A DNA stretch of 64,000 nucleotides from the human T2T-CHM13v2.0 reference genome, Homo sapiens. The notes beneath the pieces were generated by a model that was not told the DNA's origin, ran no database searches, and saw only the letters and a program-made list of their open reading frames with translations. The stretch lies in NCBI RefSeq assembly GCF_009914755.1, contig NC_060927.1; one strand, 5' to 3'. Shown here one piece after another: positions 13,787 through 28,236 of the stretch. The position numbers were made by a program, and so were the translations under genes. Numbering within the stretch: position 1 is the first letter of the stretch; the number at the start of each line of letters is the position of its first letter.

Positions 13787-15801
13787 GATATCATACAAGT
13801 ATCTTTTCTCAACGAAATAGATTGAAGTCAGAAATCAATAAAATAACTAAAACTAGAAAATTCACAAATTTGTGGAAATTAAATAACACACTCTTAAATA
13901 ATCAATAGATTGAGGAAGAAATCACAAGTGAAATTAAAAAATACTTAGCGACATGAAAATATAAATACAATACATCAAAACATATGGGACATATTGAAAG
14001 TGCTGAGAAAATTTATGCTACGAACACTTAAATTTAAAAAATTAAAAAACAAACTCATTTTACAAATTTTGAAATTAAAAAAAGACAAATTAAATCCAAA
14101 GCTAGAAGAAAGAAGGAAATAAATAATAAAGATTAGAGATAAACAAATTAGAGATAGAAGAAACAATATAAAAAATAATAAAGCAAAAAATGTGTTCTTT
14201 GAGAAGGTGAATGAAAATGACAAATCTTTACCTATATAAGGACTAAGAAAAAAGAGAAAAGATCCAAATTACTAAAATCTGAAATGAAAGTGGGGACATT
14301 ACTATTGATTCTACAGAAATAAAAAAAATTAGAAGTCAATACTATTAACAATCAGATGCCAACAAATTAGAAAACCTAGCTGAAATGAACAAATTTCTAG
14401 AAACACAACACCTGCCAAGACCAAATCATGAGAAAGTAGAAAATTTGAATAGATCTATAACTAGCAAGGATATTAAGTTAGTAATCAAAAATCTTCTAAG
14501 AAATAAAAACCCTGAAACTTATGTCTTTATTCATGAATTCTACTTAAAAATTTAAAGAACTAACACCCGTCCTTCTCAAACATTTCCAAAACATCAAAGA
14601 GGACAGAACACCCCAACTCATTCTACGAAGCCAGCATTACACTGATAGCTAAGCCAGACAAAAACATTGCAAGGAAATGAAACAAAAGACCAACATCCCT
14701 TATGAACATTGATGCAAATATCCTGAATAAAAGTCTAGAAAACTGAATTTAGCAGCATATTGAAAGGATTTTACACCATGACAAAGCAAAATTTATTTCA
14801 GGAATGCAAGAATGATTCAACACACACAAAAAGTCAATCAATGTAATATATCACATTAACAGAATGAAGGAAAATAAAAAACACCTGATTATCTCAGTTG
14901 ATGTAAAGATGATAGTTTACAAAATTGAACACCCTTTTATGGAAAAAAAGAAACACTCAACAACTAGAAACTATATCCACATAAGTAAAGCCATATATGA
15001 AAAACACACAGCAAACATTATCAATGGTGAAAGACTGAAAGCTTTTCCTGTGTAGGAATCAAAGCAAGGACTTGCACTTTCACTATTTCTATTCAACATA
15101 GTACTGGAAGTTATAGCCAGATCAATTAGGCAAGATAAAGAAATAAAATGAATCCATATTGGAAAGGAAGAAATAAAATTATGTCTATTTGCATATGATT
15201 TTATATATAGAAAATCTTAATAGTTCCACAAAAAACCTGTGAGAATAAACACATTTAGCAAAGTAGCAGGATATAAAGTTAACACACAGAAATCTAGCAT
15301 TTCTATGTAATAATAATAATGAATAATCTACACAGGAAATTACAAAACCAATGTTATTTACAATAGCATAAAATAAAATGCTTAGCAATTAACAGAGTCA
15401 GTCAAAGAATATATGATGAAAACAAACTTTGCTGAAAGAAATTAAAGAAGACATAAACAAATGAAAACACATGTCATGTTCATGGATTGAAAGATTTAAT
15501 ATCGTTAAGATGTCAATACTAACTAAAGCAATGTACAGAATGAATGCCATCCCTATCAAAATCCTGATGTCATTTTTGCAGATATAGAAGAAACACATCC
15601 TAAAATTTATATGGAATATCAAAAGGATCCCAAATAGTCAAAACAATATTTAAAAACAAAAACAAAACTGGAGGACTCGCCCTTCCGGGTTTCAAATATT
15701 ACTACACAACTACAGTAATCAAGAGTGTGGCACTGGCATATAGACAGACATATAAACCAATGGAATAGAATAGAGAGCCCAGAAAGAAACTTTTGCATAT
15801 G

Positions 15802-16197
15802 CAGATGTCCTTTAACTTATGGTGGGCACCTGCTAAACCTATCATCTGTTCATCAGGATTATGTCCTGATAAATCTATCATACGTGAAAATTATCATAAG
15901 GCAAACATGCGTTTGTCACACCTGAACTACCAAACATCAAAGCTTAGCCTAACCTACCTTAAGCATGCTCAGAACACTTACATTAGCTTAAAGTTGGGCA
16001 AAATTATTTAATACAAATCCTGTTTTATAATAAAGTGTTGGATATATCATGTAATTTATTGAATTCTGTACTGAAAGCGAAAAACACAATGGTAGTATGG
16101 GTATCGAACTTACAGTTTCTACTCAAGATGTTTTCCTTTCACACTGACATAAAGTAAAAAAATTATAAGTTGAACTATTGTTAAGCTGTAAACAGTG
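15802..16197. mobile_element. MER47A (TcMar-Tigger derivative) nested in old L1 ORF2
   Basis: Body agcttagcctaacctaccttaagcatgctcagaacacttacattagc ... gttgggcaaaat; L1 ORF2 sequence resumes immediately after; TA at right flank. Confidence 0.85.
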
Positions 16198-17999
16198 TAT
16201 ATGGTCAAATAATTTTTGACAAGGCTGTCAAGACCATGCAATGGGAAAAGAACAGCCTCTTCAACAAATGGTGCTAAGAAATCTGGATATTCACATGCAA
16301 AAGAATGAAATTGGACCCTTGCCTAATATCATATAAAAATTAACTCAAAATGAATAAAGGACCCAAATATCAGACATAAAATTGTAAAGGTCTTAGCAAA
16401 AAACATAGGACAAAAACTTCACAACATTGGATTTGGCAATGATATCTTGGCTATGACACCAAAGGCACAGGCAACAAAAGAATAGACAAAAAAGACAAGG
16501 TGGACTTTTGGAAATTAAAAATAATTTTGTGCATTGAAAGACACTATCAGCAAAAGACAGCCTACAGAATGGTAGAAAATACTTGCAATTCTGTCTGATA
16601 AATAATTAACATCCAGAATATGGAGAAAGTACCTAACATTTAAAAACAGAAAAACAAAAATCTTGATTCAAAAATGGGCAACGAACCTGAATAGACACTT
16701 CTCCAAAGCAGTGGCTAATAAGCACGTGAAAAGATGCTCAACATCAGTAATCATTAGTGGAAAGCAAATAAAAACTACAATGAGATACCCTCTCACACCC
16801 ATTGTTGACAAAGTACTCACTTCTTCATAGCTACTCTCAAAAGAACAGAAGGCTACTGTCAAAATAAGAGAAAAATAAATGTTGGTGAGGATGGGGAGAA
16901 ATTGGAACCCTTGGGTACTGTTGGTGAGAATGCAAAATGGTATAGTTGCTATGGAAAACAGTATGGCAATGCCTCGAAATATTAAAAATAGAATTACCAT
17001 ATGAAAATGCAATTCCACTTCTAGGTATAAACTCAACATAATTGAAAGCAGAGTCTCAAAGAGATATTTATATACCCATGTTCACAGTAATGTTATTCAC
17101 AACAGCTGAAATGTAGAAGCAATGCAAGTGTTCATTAAAAAATGGATGGATAAGTCTAATATATACACTATATTTGGCACACACACACACATATATATAT
17201 GTGTGTGTGTAATGGATATTAAGTCTTGAAAAAAAGCATAAATTCTGACATGTTACAACATGGATGAACCTTAAAGAAATTATGCTAAATGAAATAAATC
17301 AGTCACAAAACGACACATACTATCAGATTGAACTTATGAGGTACTTAGAATAGTCAAAATCATAGACAGATGGTAGAATGGTGGTTGCAGGGCCTGGAAG
17401 TAAGGGAATATGGAAAGTTATTGTTTATTGAGTATTGAGTTTCAGTTTTACAATATAAAAAAATGTTACAGAGATTGATGTTGGTAACTGTTGCACAACA
17501 TTATGATGTATTTGGTACACTAAACTACACATTTGAAATGGGAAATTTTATGTTACATATATTTTGACACAATAAAAAACCTAGGGATAAAAATAATACA
17601 TAATTTGATATCTGTTCGAACCCTACATTGATTAGAATGTTACACAGCCTCCATTGCTCCATCTAGTGCTAGGAAAATTATAACAGCCATTTGGACAAGC
17701 AATTTTACTGGGTTGAGATATAGCACATAATCTCTAACTTTTAGTCAAAAACCAAAGAGTATTTTTACTGTATGTTGCACTCTAGCTAGCTTTGTCCTTT
17801 GGAATGCTTGCTGACCCAATGATTAATTAATATCAAAGAAGACTCTTACTACCTATAAAAGTCAACCACTTAACAACATCAAACTTCAAAAGACCCTCTT
17901 AGTGCCCCTGGGTCTCCTTGACAGTCAAGGACAGAGAAAAGGTAGGTGCATGTTAACAAAAACATTTAGGAACACTCTTTCCAGATCCAAGCAATAGCA

Positions 18000-18190
18000 G
18001 GGGCTAGGTCAGTCCTTCTTCAATTCAAGTATGCAATGGAGTCAGTGAGCAACTCATTACAAATTCTGATTCTAGGATCCCACTCCCAGAGTTGCTGATT
18101 CAGTAGATGTAAGGTGGGTTCCAGACATCTTCATTTTTCCCATAAAGGATTATGATATAGGTTGTCTAAGAATTACACTTTAAAGAAATA
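18000..18190. mobile_element. MER5-family hAT MITE
   Basis: tgattctaggatcccactcccagagttgctgattcagtagatgtaaggtggg ... cacactttaaagaaa-like end. Confidence 0.65.
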
Positions 18191-19417
18191 GATAGGTAGG
18201 TCCAGTCTGAAAACACCCAAGAGGATAGAAAGGAAGAGAAAATGTTACCTGTTTGCTTCTTTTCCTCCACAACCTTATTCCAGTCCTACAAATAATTAAA
18301 TTTGGCTTTCACTGATTTTTGCTTGTTTTACCTACCTTTTCCAAAGACACTAAACCTTGTGTGAAAGATTTGTGGAAAGGATTCTCTTTCATCGTCACCT
18401 TTTATCCTCCTCTAGACATAGCTATGAAGAAGTGATTGGAATTTAGGATGACTGTGGTCTAGTGAGCTTAGGAAGCTGAGTTTGCCTTTCCTATCCTGTG
18501 GATAAATACTGTAGGGTTTATATGGTACCCTCTATATTGAACTGCAGGACAATTTCCTTAGTGACCTGCTCCTTATCAAGATAATTACCAAATGCCCTTT
18601 CAGCCTCAAATCTACAGAAATATCTTTATCCTCCCCAGCTGTTCCTTTATAGTCTCTTCTCTCCCATTCCACGTATGGATAGTAGTAGACATCTCCACAT
18701 ACGATCTTGATGTGGAGATGAATCTGTTTGTAAAATTCATAATCTGAAAACCAGATAGGCAGGTAAGCTAGAAGCATCTTTATTCTTTTATTTTCAATTC
18801 AGGTAGGTAGTGCTAAAATCCTTACTCATTTATTTTCAATTCAAGTAGTGATAAAATTTCCACTGAGGGGACTGGTTGCTGCTGCAGCTAAAAGATGGAT
18901 GTGTAAGGGGAGAAGGAGTTAATAGATTTTATCAGGGTTCTTTCTGAGGTGTGGACTGTCATTCTCCTCTAATTCTAAACCTGAAAAGAATGCTGAAGGA
19001 AGCTGACAAGGCTCTTTGAAGATGTTTTGAAGATGTTTTCACTGGACTGGAGCTGCTGCAGTGGCACCCCAAGGTGGCACTTCTGTGAATACATCAACTC
19101 ATAAATATTCAAATCGAATCACTGGGTGCTACCAGCCCAACCATTCACAGTAGAGTGATTATCAACCAACAGCTTTAAGCTGGTACACCTCCTGCTGTGA
19201 TAGTTTCAGCGAAGACTTTGTTAGAGTGTTGTCATCCATTCCGGATGAGATGAAGAAGGAAGCTCTCAGGATTCTACTTGCAAATGTAAAGGTGATATTT
19301 ATAAAGGTTCAGGTGCCTTTCCTAGGCAGAGGGAAAATATGAGAATGACAGGGTGCATTAAAAGCAGAGGCCAGGGAATTTACCAGGCAGGCTTTTGATA
19401 ACAACCCTATCTGTAGA

Positions 19418-19600
19418 GAGTGGTGTAAGTAAAACTTGGTGCGTAGGTCAGGCCAGCTGCCTAAGAATCACCAGGAACTTGGTGAAACTACATATTCCTG
19501 TACTCCCCTTATATAGATTTTTTTTTTTTTTGAGAAAATTTGAAGTGGATTCCAGGACTGATAGATTTATCGTGCTTTCCAGAGATGACTTGTAGCCATG
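19418..19600. mobile_element. MER5-family hAT MITE (degenerate)
   Basis: agaatcaccaggaacttggtgaaactacatattcctg. Confidence 0.5.
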
Positions 19601-19720
19601 GTTAAGAGCCATAGTAAATAAACCAAAGCCATAAGAAAGAGGGTTCTTCAAAAATTTCAAACAATCAGCAGCACTGAATGACCGTCACAGCCACTAATGA
19701 AGTTTTTTTTTTTATTATTA

Positions 19721-20265
19721 TGATACTGAATTGTAAAGGTTTTCAACATGTCTTAAAATTGACACTTTCCCATGGGGAAGTAGGGTCTGCATTCTCTCCC
19801 CTGGAACCTGGACTAAACTTAGGGAATGATTGACTGGTAGAGCACAGAGGAGGTGATACTCGGTGATTTCCAAGGCTAGATCATAAAAGGCAATAGAGTT
19901 TCTGCCTGATTTTCTCAAAATACTTTTCCTTCAGAGCTTTGAGCCACCAGATGAGAAGTCTGAGTTTTGTCATGCTTCACATGAAGACGTCACTGTAAGC
20001 ATTTTGGCTGACTTCCCCAGCTGAGATCCCAGCCAAGAGCTAGCATTAACTGCCACATATCTAAGTGAAGATGCAGCCAGATATTACCAGTTACCAACCA
20101 CTGAGCCATTCAAAGCCACAGAGTAACTCCCAGGCTTGAGTGATGAACTTCCAGATATCATGAAGCAGAAACAAGCTGTCTCCACTGTCTGCCCAAATTC
20201 CTGACCCAGAGTCTAGAGTATAACAACATGGTTACTTTACAGTTAAAAGCTGACGGGTAGAACAT
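19721..20265 (+). mobile_element. MaLR solo LTR (MLT1G/H-like)
   Basis: ggtgatttccaaggctagatcataaaagg; cccagctgagatcccagcc; catgaagcagaaacaagc ... ctgcccaaattcctgaccca are typical MLT1 blocks. Confidence 0.8.
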
Positions 20266-20289
20266 ACAGCATGACTAGAAAGTTTGCAA

Positions 20290-20530
20290 GGCATTGGGAA
20301 CAGAGCAAGGATTAGAGAATTTGCCAGTTCTAGCTCTGTCACTCAATTATCCCTATCATTCTGTTAAAACGTGTGTGACTTTGGGTAATTTAGTCTGCAG
20401 GCTCTCAGAAGACAAGTTTTCTAAAATGTAAAATAGAGGGAAAAGCATATCTTAAGATTGTAATAAAGATTAAAAGTGGCACTGTGGATGAATGTGCCTG
20501 ACATGTTGCCTGTTACATATGAGAATAAAT
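20290..20530 (+). mobile_element. MIR SINE
   Basis: agttctagctctgtcact ... gtgtgactttgggtaatt ... tgtaaaatagagg ... gtgcctgacat. Confidence 0.55.
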
Positions 20531-21849
20531 TCTCACAGTGAAAATTTAATATGTATTGCTGTTTTCTTTTTTTGTGTTGTTGCAGACACCATTCTAACTA
20601 AATAACAAAGATCTCTACATACCCCAGTGTAGATCAAAGTTATTACCCCTTATAATTGAGGAAAATCAATGGAATGCATCTAAATTGTGTCAAACAAATC
20701 TCAAGATGGAAAAAAGTACTATCTGTCCTTCCCAACATATTCCTTAAACAGATGAGATATTTTATTGAAATGCTTATTGCGGATCAGTGAACCCAACATT
20801 TGCCCATATGAGGAGTCATTTTTAAATATTAAAATAATCTCCAGACATGCATATAATAGTAGTATTTATGTTAGAAAAAAACTACATATTTTGTTACTAA
20901 CCATGGCTTCTATCTACATATAAAAATATCAGTATAGATCTGTCACACAGCCTACAAACAATACTGTGTGTAAACTCAGATCCAAGGCTCTATTAGAAAA
21001 AGTGCCTTTACTGCTCAGTAAACCTCAGAACCTAGGAATTATTATAACACATAAATGTCTCTTTCTACTTCTCCGTGTCTAGACTCTCTGAAAGTGATAC
21101 TACATAACCACATCCAGTTGGGCAATTCTTTGTAATTTTCTCTGGCTCTTTCAACATAGGAGAAGAAAACATTTCTGATGACCTCTATATGTATCATCCT
21201 CAGTCCCCCTATAAAAGAAGTTGATACAATTACTTATGTGGCATATGGAGATAAGAGAAGCTAAATGATCCTTTTATGGATCCAGATGGCTTCCATATAG
21301 CTAAGGTAATGACATTTAAACACTTTAAAAATGGATTTTTGTTTTAACAACTCCAAGTAATGCATAGATAAAATGGAGTCTCTATGAAAATATAGAAATA
21401 TCAGCAAACTCTCAAAACCTTTATTAAGAATGTAATCCAAATTAACTTAGGTAATTTAAACTACAAAGAAGTAGAAAAAAACTAATATTATATATAAAAA
21501 TAGTGTTAAAAAGTGTTTTTTGTTGTTGTTGGTGGTGGTGGTGTAGTGTTAGCTCAGGTTCTATTGAATCTCTTTTAAAATTACCTGGAAGAAGGATTAT
21601 TTTCATTATTTTAATGATCTCCTAGATAAGGAAACAGTAGAAATAGCTTATTAATGAACTTTGCAGGTGATAAGTGAAGATGTATGGCAGGCACCTTTGA
21701 GGCTCCTCAGATGTCATATAAATTGACCAGAGAGGATAGTAATATGACTTGAAAAATCACAAAATGAGATTCAGCCTAGAAAAATGAAAACCAATACATC
21801 TTGAGCAAAGTAATTCAATGGACAGGAGAAACCTGGTGAGTGGTAATGC

Positions 21850-22480
21850 TGAAAAAAGACCTGGAGCTGATAATGGAGGACAAATTAGATATCAGTTTGC
21901 AATATGATATGGCTGCCAAAGGGGCTGATGCTATTTCGAATTGAATACAATGATCCATTATGTTGGGGCAGAGCAAAAATATAGAGAAATGACTCCCGCC
22001 TTCCTTGACTCTGGTTCGGCTAAGGTACCATCAGGCTCCTCGACACTTGAAATGTGTTGAGAAATTGGACTCAGTACGGAGAATAGCACTGAAATGATGA
22101 AAGAAATGGAATGATGTATTTATGGAAAAAGGTTAAAGGAGCTGAACATGTATTGGCTGGATAAGCAATGACTAACAGGGCTGGGGTAGCACTAAGTCAA
22201 CATTTGAAAGGTGTAATTTCCCTCAGAGAAAAGGGCTATATAAATGTAAAATAACAGTAATAGTATTAAAATGCCATGGGAAAGCACCTAAGAGGGGATA
22301 GGGCAGACTTAGTGTGAGGTTAGTGATTTAGGTAACATCCTGACCTCAGCCATACTAACAATAGTCCTTTATTTGCCATGATGTCATTGGAAAGTACTGG
22401 AGAGACCCTCTTCCCACTTGCAAGGTAGAGAAACTTGAGCAGTTGGGAGTTGTTACTGGGAACAATTGCATTTTGTGTAC
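21850..22480 (+). mobile_element. CR1/L3-family LINE fossil (ORF2 C-terminal region)
   Basis: Conceptual translation DLELIMEDKLDISLQYDMAAKGADAI and YGKRLKELNMYWLDKQ*LTG resembles CR1 ORF2 motifs (DLGV.VD.KL.MS.QC..AAKKAN.I; YEERLKEL..FSL.KRRLRG). Confidence 0.8.
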
Positions 22481-24914
22481 TGTGGTTTCAGTGCCTTTTT
22501 AAATACTGATCTCCATTACCCCACTCTTTAGACTAAATTGAATGTCCTCATCCTTATTTCCAGAATGCACATCAAATCTTTCTTTTGATTATCAATCTCT
22601 AGGAACTTTCCTCTTCTAAGTAAAACAATAAAGGAAAGAAAATAGGGGATCTGAACCAATTTATAGTAAGATGCTAGTATATTAGATAACAGTTTAATAC
22701 ATTTCTCAAATGTATGAACAAAGGATAAAACATTGTTTTTCTCCACAAAGAAATCTCTGTTCAACGGATGAGGAATATGTTTTGATATGGATCATCCCTG
22801 TGACCTTCAAATGACATTCCCTAAGCTTTCAGTTGGAAAAAGCTTATATTTTGAAATGCCTTCTAGACTATTCAGAGCTGTGAAAATAGCTGCAGCATAG
22901 TCTTAGAGATTGAATGGGCTCAATTTAATAGATATTTGGGGTTTTCCATTAAAACCTCAAACATCAAGAGCATGTGACATGCTTTATGACATAGGAAGCT
23001 GCATGGGGGAAATTTTCATGCAGTTACAACGGTCCAAGATATGCTCTATTGGAAGCATAGATGCAAGAGAAATACAACTTAGCTTCTTTTCAGCTCTAAC
23101 TTTCTATGACTCTATAATTCAGTGACTGTAGGATCATTTTCATGATTCAAGAGTAAATATTGATGGATTCTTTCCAAAGTGAAAATGTAAGAAATAAAGT
23201 GAAAGAGAGATGAATAGTTGTTCCATTATGTGTTAAGTATTTACAATACTAAGGAGATACAGTTTAGGAACAAAGTAAGTAATGAAGTATAATGGGTTAG
23301 CACACAAAAGTGGAAAAATAGAAAACAAAAACAAAACAACAATAACAACAAAAAACTGCCTTGACCATCCATCTCTGATCCCTGGAGTGGAAAGAAAATG
23401 TGAAATTTCTGCACCTACTTGTGATGGATTTGGAAAGACAGGTTATCTTGCTCAGGGGAAACTTTAAAAAGTCAGACATCTGCTGTAGAGCAAACACAGT
23501 GAAACATGGGTCACTAAAGAGCCCCTAAGTTACAGAAAGGACAGGTTTGTGACCCTGAAAGTAGGCAATGCAAACAGAGTAAAAACCCACCCTAGATCTG
23601 CCACTGACTGGCCTGAAGGGATTGGTGGGGAATGTGGAAGCAATATAATAATCACCAGGGTCCACTTGTTATTTATATTCTAATGGTAAAGAAAATAGCT
23701 TCTTAGGTTTCAGGTAATTTCCTAATACAAGTGCTTTAATGGAAACAAGATAGTCACCTGAGGCAGCCAGTTTAGCCAAACATGGTCAGTAAAATGCATC
23801 ATGCCATGTATAAGATGGTCTGTACTGCTGGCCACAGGCAATCTTTATGATAGATTCAGGTCATTCCTGGTTCACTGATAGCGTGGGTCTCTGTGTTGAT
23901 TATTAATGGCTAAACATAAGAACTATTTTGGCCATATCTCATAAATTTCTTCATCTTCAAAAAGCATGGCCTAGGTCAACACAACATAAGCAAAAGATGG
24001 AATGCAGGTCACCCACCCTGAACTGCATAGACACACAGAAACCTGAACAGTCTAGCTTCATTTCAACTATGTCCAGATAGGGTAACCATATGATTTTTTT
24101 CAAAGAAAACTGGTAGTTTGTAGTTTTCAGATTACAGAATCACTCTACAAACACTATAAGACTGTAAATGTATTATTCCTGAGTAAAAGGGAAACTGGAT
24201 AATATATGAAAATCTCCTTGTCACAATATTTAGGTAATATTCATGGAAAAAGAAAATTTTCATGAAATACAAGGAATTAAACTATAGAGTAATAAGCTCA
24301 TCATGTGGGTACCAAAAGCAAGCAAATAAAAACTTACCTGGCTCCTATGGAAGCACGTGAATAATGGCACCACCTTTTCCCAAATGCCGAGTAGCTCTGC
24401 TGTATGGATTGGCTACAAGTTTTAGGTCACAAATGTGCTGAACTTTCTCCTTAAAAGCCCAACTCTGCTGTGATTACACTGGTACAGATAAGAGGCATAT
24501 ATGAAGATTAGATTGAAAGAAAGAAATTGTAGAAGAAAATGCAAATAACCCAGAAATCCGTTAATCACTTAAGGCCTTGGGGTAAGAAAAATCTAAGTAC
24601 AAAGCAGAATAAATGATTAACAGCCAAAGATGGAAGAAGGGGGTGATGAGGGGGAGAACATTATTTTAATTTAATTGCATGCAAACTTGCAAGGAGATTC
24701 CAGAAATCATTCAACAGAAAAGATTTTATTATACTCATAACCCTACCTTCACCATACCCTATTCACTAAAGAAATCTCCTGCCTCTAGGCTCTTCCACTC
24801 TACCTCCTTTAATTGTCACATCTGAAAGCACCTGGTGCCAACACGTAAAAATCACACCCCAAATGATCTCAACTCTAATTCTCATGCAAGCTCTACAACC
24901 ATTAATCTAGACAC

Positions 24915-25075
24915 AAAATGTGTTAGGAGCTTTCTATGCATATTTAATCAATACAACAACCCAAAGAGGTTAAGTATTATTACCCTAATGTTAAAGAAGA
25001 GGAAACTGGGAGGATAAATATTTACTTAGTCAGTCTAGCACTGAGGTTCAAAGCCAAGTTTGACTAACTCCAAAG
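24915..25075 (-). mobile_element. MIR SINE
   Basis: tttaatcaatacaacaacccaaagaggt ... attattaccc ... gaggaaactg ... ttcaaagccaagtttgactaactccaaag. Confidence 0.7.
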
Positions 25076-25254
25076 TTTCCAGCAAGAATCAATGAAAAAG
25101 AGATAGGTTTCTGTAAATCCATTTAGATCCCACTCTTTGATTTCTATATTATTCACGGTAGGCATTCCTTAAAACTTGTTTTGATCTCCTTTAGGATATA
25201 AGCAAATAGATTGTAATCCCTGTGTGTATGTATGTGTGTGTACCTGTTACATAT

Positions 25255-25365
25255 TTGATTTGTTTAGCACATATTTATTGAACACATAATTCTGCACTAT
25301 GTACTGTGTGAAGGACTGTGGATAAAATAATAAGGATGCCCTCTGCTCTCATGGAGATTACTATT
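25255..25365 (-). mobile_element. L2 LINE 3' fragment
   Basis: atatttattgaacac ... tactgtg ... ccctctgctctcatggag. Confidence 0.55.
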
Positions 25366-26562
25366 TGTCTGCTTTGCTTGATGAGGCAAGATTCCTTAAA
25401 ACCAAATAGTAGCCAATGTACAAAAAAAAGGAAGAGGTTTGATTCTTAGTAATTTATTAAAGAAAGAAAATGTGTGGCTACATAACAGAGCAACTGAGTA
25501 TGAGATATCAACCTCCCATTACTACTGTTGTCATTATCATTATACTATAGTTATAAAGTAACTTAATATTGTAAAAATGCAGAAATTAGAATTCTGCAGG
25601 GCTGTCAACCCCTCAGAGCAGGGGTCATCTGGAGAAATGAGAGGAACTAGATATCGGCCCTGTAGTTCAGGACTTGGGGTGTATCAATCTTCTCTTTTCT
25701 GTAAAGGAACAGATAAATGACTACCTAATGTACATGGCAATCATTGGAATGGTATTTCTCCAGTAAATTTCAGAAACTACAACTGGGTGGATACTTAGTT
25801 ACATTCAGTAATAAAACTGTTCATAATTTCATTGATTTTTAAAATTTTATTTTTTAGATATTTATTTTTCTCCAGTTTCATAATAATGTTATTTTTTAGA
25901 ACTTCTGAGATTTGTTTGGGTTTTATTTGTTTGTTTATACTGACCTAAAGAAGAAAAAAATATATTTTGTTAATATCTAGCCCAGGAAGTTTCCCTAAAA
26001 TTAGATATAGCAGTGTCGGTTGCTAGTTCAGCTACTGGGCCTAGAGAAGCTCAGGCTCTTATGTGATAAAACAAAACAAGACAAAACCAAAACAAATAAA
26101 CAAAAACCCAGAGAAGCAGAAAAGAGAATTAGAGATAATCATAATAATTACAGACTGCTTCCGACTAGTGTTTTCCATTACTGTGAATGCCATACTTGGT
26201 AAAGAAATAAATACGGTGTGCCATGCACATAATCTAAAGGCAGAATCTGTTCTGAAATGAGATGAAGGAAGAAACCAGGGTATATTCTACCAATTAAAGT
26301 GTCTGGGTGCAAATTATTAAAATTACTATATATCCTAAAAGGATTAGACTCTAGAACCTCAGTCAGAACTTATGAAAATATAAACTAATTTTTTCATTGC
26401 AAATAACCATATCTCCATTTCAAGAAGATGGATTCCGCTTTGCATTGTTATATGTTTCTGCTAATAAGATTTTAAAATTTTATGTGAGCATACATGCCCA
26501 ATAAGATTTTTTTCTCTTGAATTCAGGAAACATGATTTTTTTTTCTAAGGGTTAGTTTTATC

Positions 26563-26870
<308 letters not shown>

Positions 26871-28236
26871 TAGAAGTAAAACAGTTGCTAGAAATCCTTG
26901 TCTAACACCTTCATTTTTCAGAATATGATACTGAGTACCAGAGGGGCTGTATGTGTCGACACATGTCACATAGATATTTCAGGCAGGCCTGAAAATTTAT
27001 TCATTCAACAAACATTCATTAAGTACTTCCTATGTGTCAGTTTTGTTTCTACACATATCCTAGAGCAGTGGTCTTCTAACATATCAAGAGTCTTCTCTCA
27101 CTCAACACCTTTGAATCCATATGTTTATTTATCTGCCAGAGTAAGATTAAATAGCACAACTCATCCCTCTACCCCTAAAATCAGTTTCTGGACTTAATAA
27201 ATAAAATGATAAAATGATTTATTTATGTAATTTTGAAAAATATACAAATGATACTCGGTCTATGATAAAACACTAATACAGAAAACCAACTATATACAAA
27301 TGTAGGGCAAACCCAGAGTGTTGCTGGAACAATATACAGCAAGTACATTTTCTAATCTTGCTTATGGCTATACTTTGAGCATTAAAGTGCTGATACTTTT
27401 ATACTTAAATAAAACCAAAGTCATAATAATAACAATCCTTCCTTCTATTCACTCTTTATGACAGGAGCTTTGATGGTGAGGGCCAACCTTTTGCTTGTGC
27501 ATACAGAACTTGCTTCTTCTTCCCTATCCTAACCCTTAACTTGAAGAAGTATTTTCACGGTTAGTAGGTCAGTCAAATAACTGCTTCAGAAAACAAATAT
27601 TGGCTCTCACCAGACTTACAGGCAAATTAATTTTGGTCTCATTTAACATGGTCAGGCAGCAACTTAATGTGTGTATAGAGAATTGATAGTAACTGTGGTT
27701 GAAGGATTTGATAACTTATATCTGATATAAACTTCCTTGTGCTCTCTTTCTTGTACTAGCTAGTTCAGTCACTGTCTCTCTCTCCCCCAACCCACCCCAT
27801 TTTCTTTTAAAATATTTAGATATATTTGTTTTCATGGAATTCAAGAATTTCTATTTTAGAATAACTATGAGGCAGAAATTGTAGGTAACGTGACAGTAAA
27901 ATAAAAGGGTAAGCACAGGAAAAACCAAGAGGACGGGACCATGGCTCATGGTGTATCCACACTAGAAGTCACGAAGCCCACAGCCAACTTCAGCTCATCT
28001 TTTGCTTTTATTTATATTCTTATCAATCAGAAATAGAAATATTATATTTTAAAATGAAAGAATATGGCATGGTAGAAAAATATCGAATGAGAAAAGGGAA
28101 GAGGGACAAGGAAAGACAGATATAAAAAGAGAATGAGATGAAAAATACTACTGCCCATCACTTAGCCAGTATTTTTTTACAAGCAAATTTTGAAGCATCA
28201 ATGTGGGAAAAATAAAAAATCAAAATCTGGGGTATG

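Larger units (their letters stand above)
10322..17580 (+). mobile_element. Near full-length ancient L1 (L1MB-like 3' end), decayed ORF1/ORF2, interrupted by two Alus and MER47A
   Basis: 5' end gaggattctgggaagatggc; ORF1 remnant (11489-11767, ...EKIMAKNF...QEAQQTP...RHIIIKL); ORF2 EN/RT remnants from about 12860; L1MB-type 3' UTR ending ttttatgttacatatattttgacacaataaaaa. Confidence 0.92.

Noticed and set aside
18787-18857. Imperfect tandem duplication tttattttcaattca(g/a)gtag...aaaat
   Set aside because: Two copies only; ordinary slippage, not an array
19059-19194. Possible hAT MITE (cagtggc ... cctcctg)
   Set aside because: Terminal repeats too weak and family not confidently recognised
21160-21305. 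Exon-like segment (tag|...aag|gtaatg)
   Set aside because: Stops in all frames, and the interior resembles a decayed antisense MIR; splice signals only moderate
24078-24210. tagggtaaccatat resembling a Blackjack/MER94 TIR
   Set aside because: No convincing partner TIR or body match
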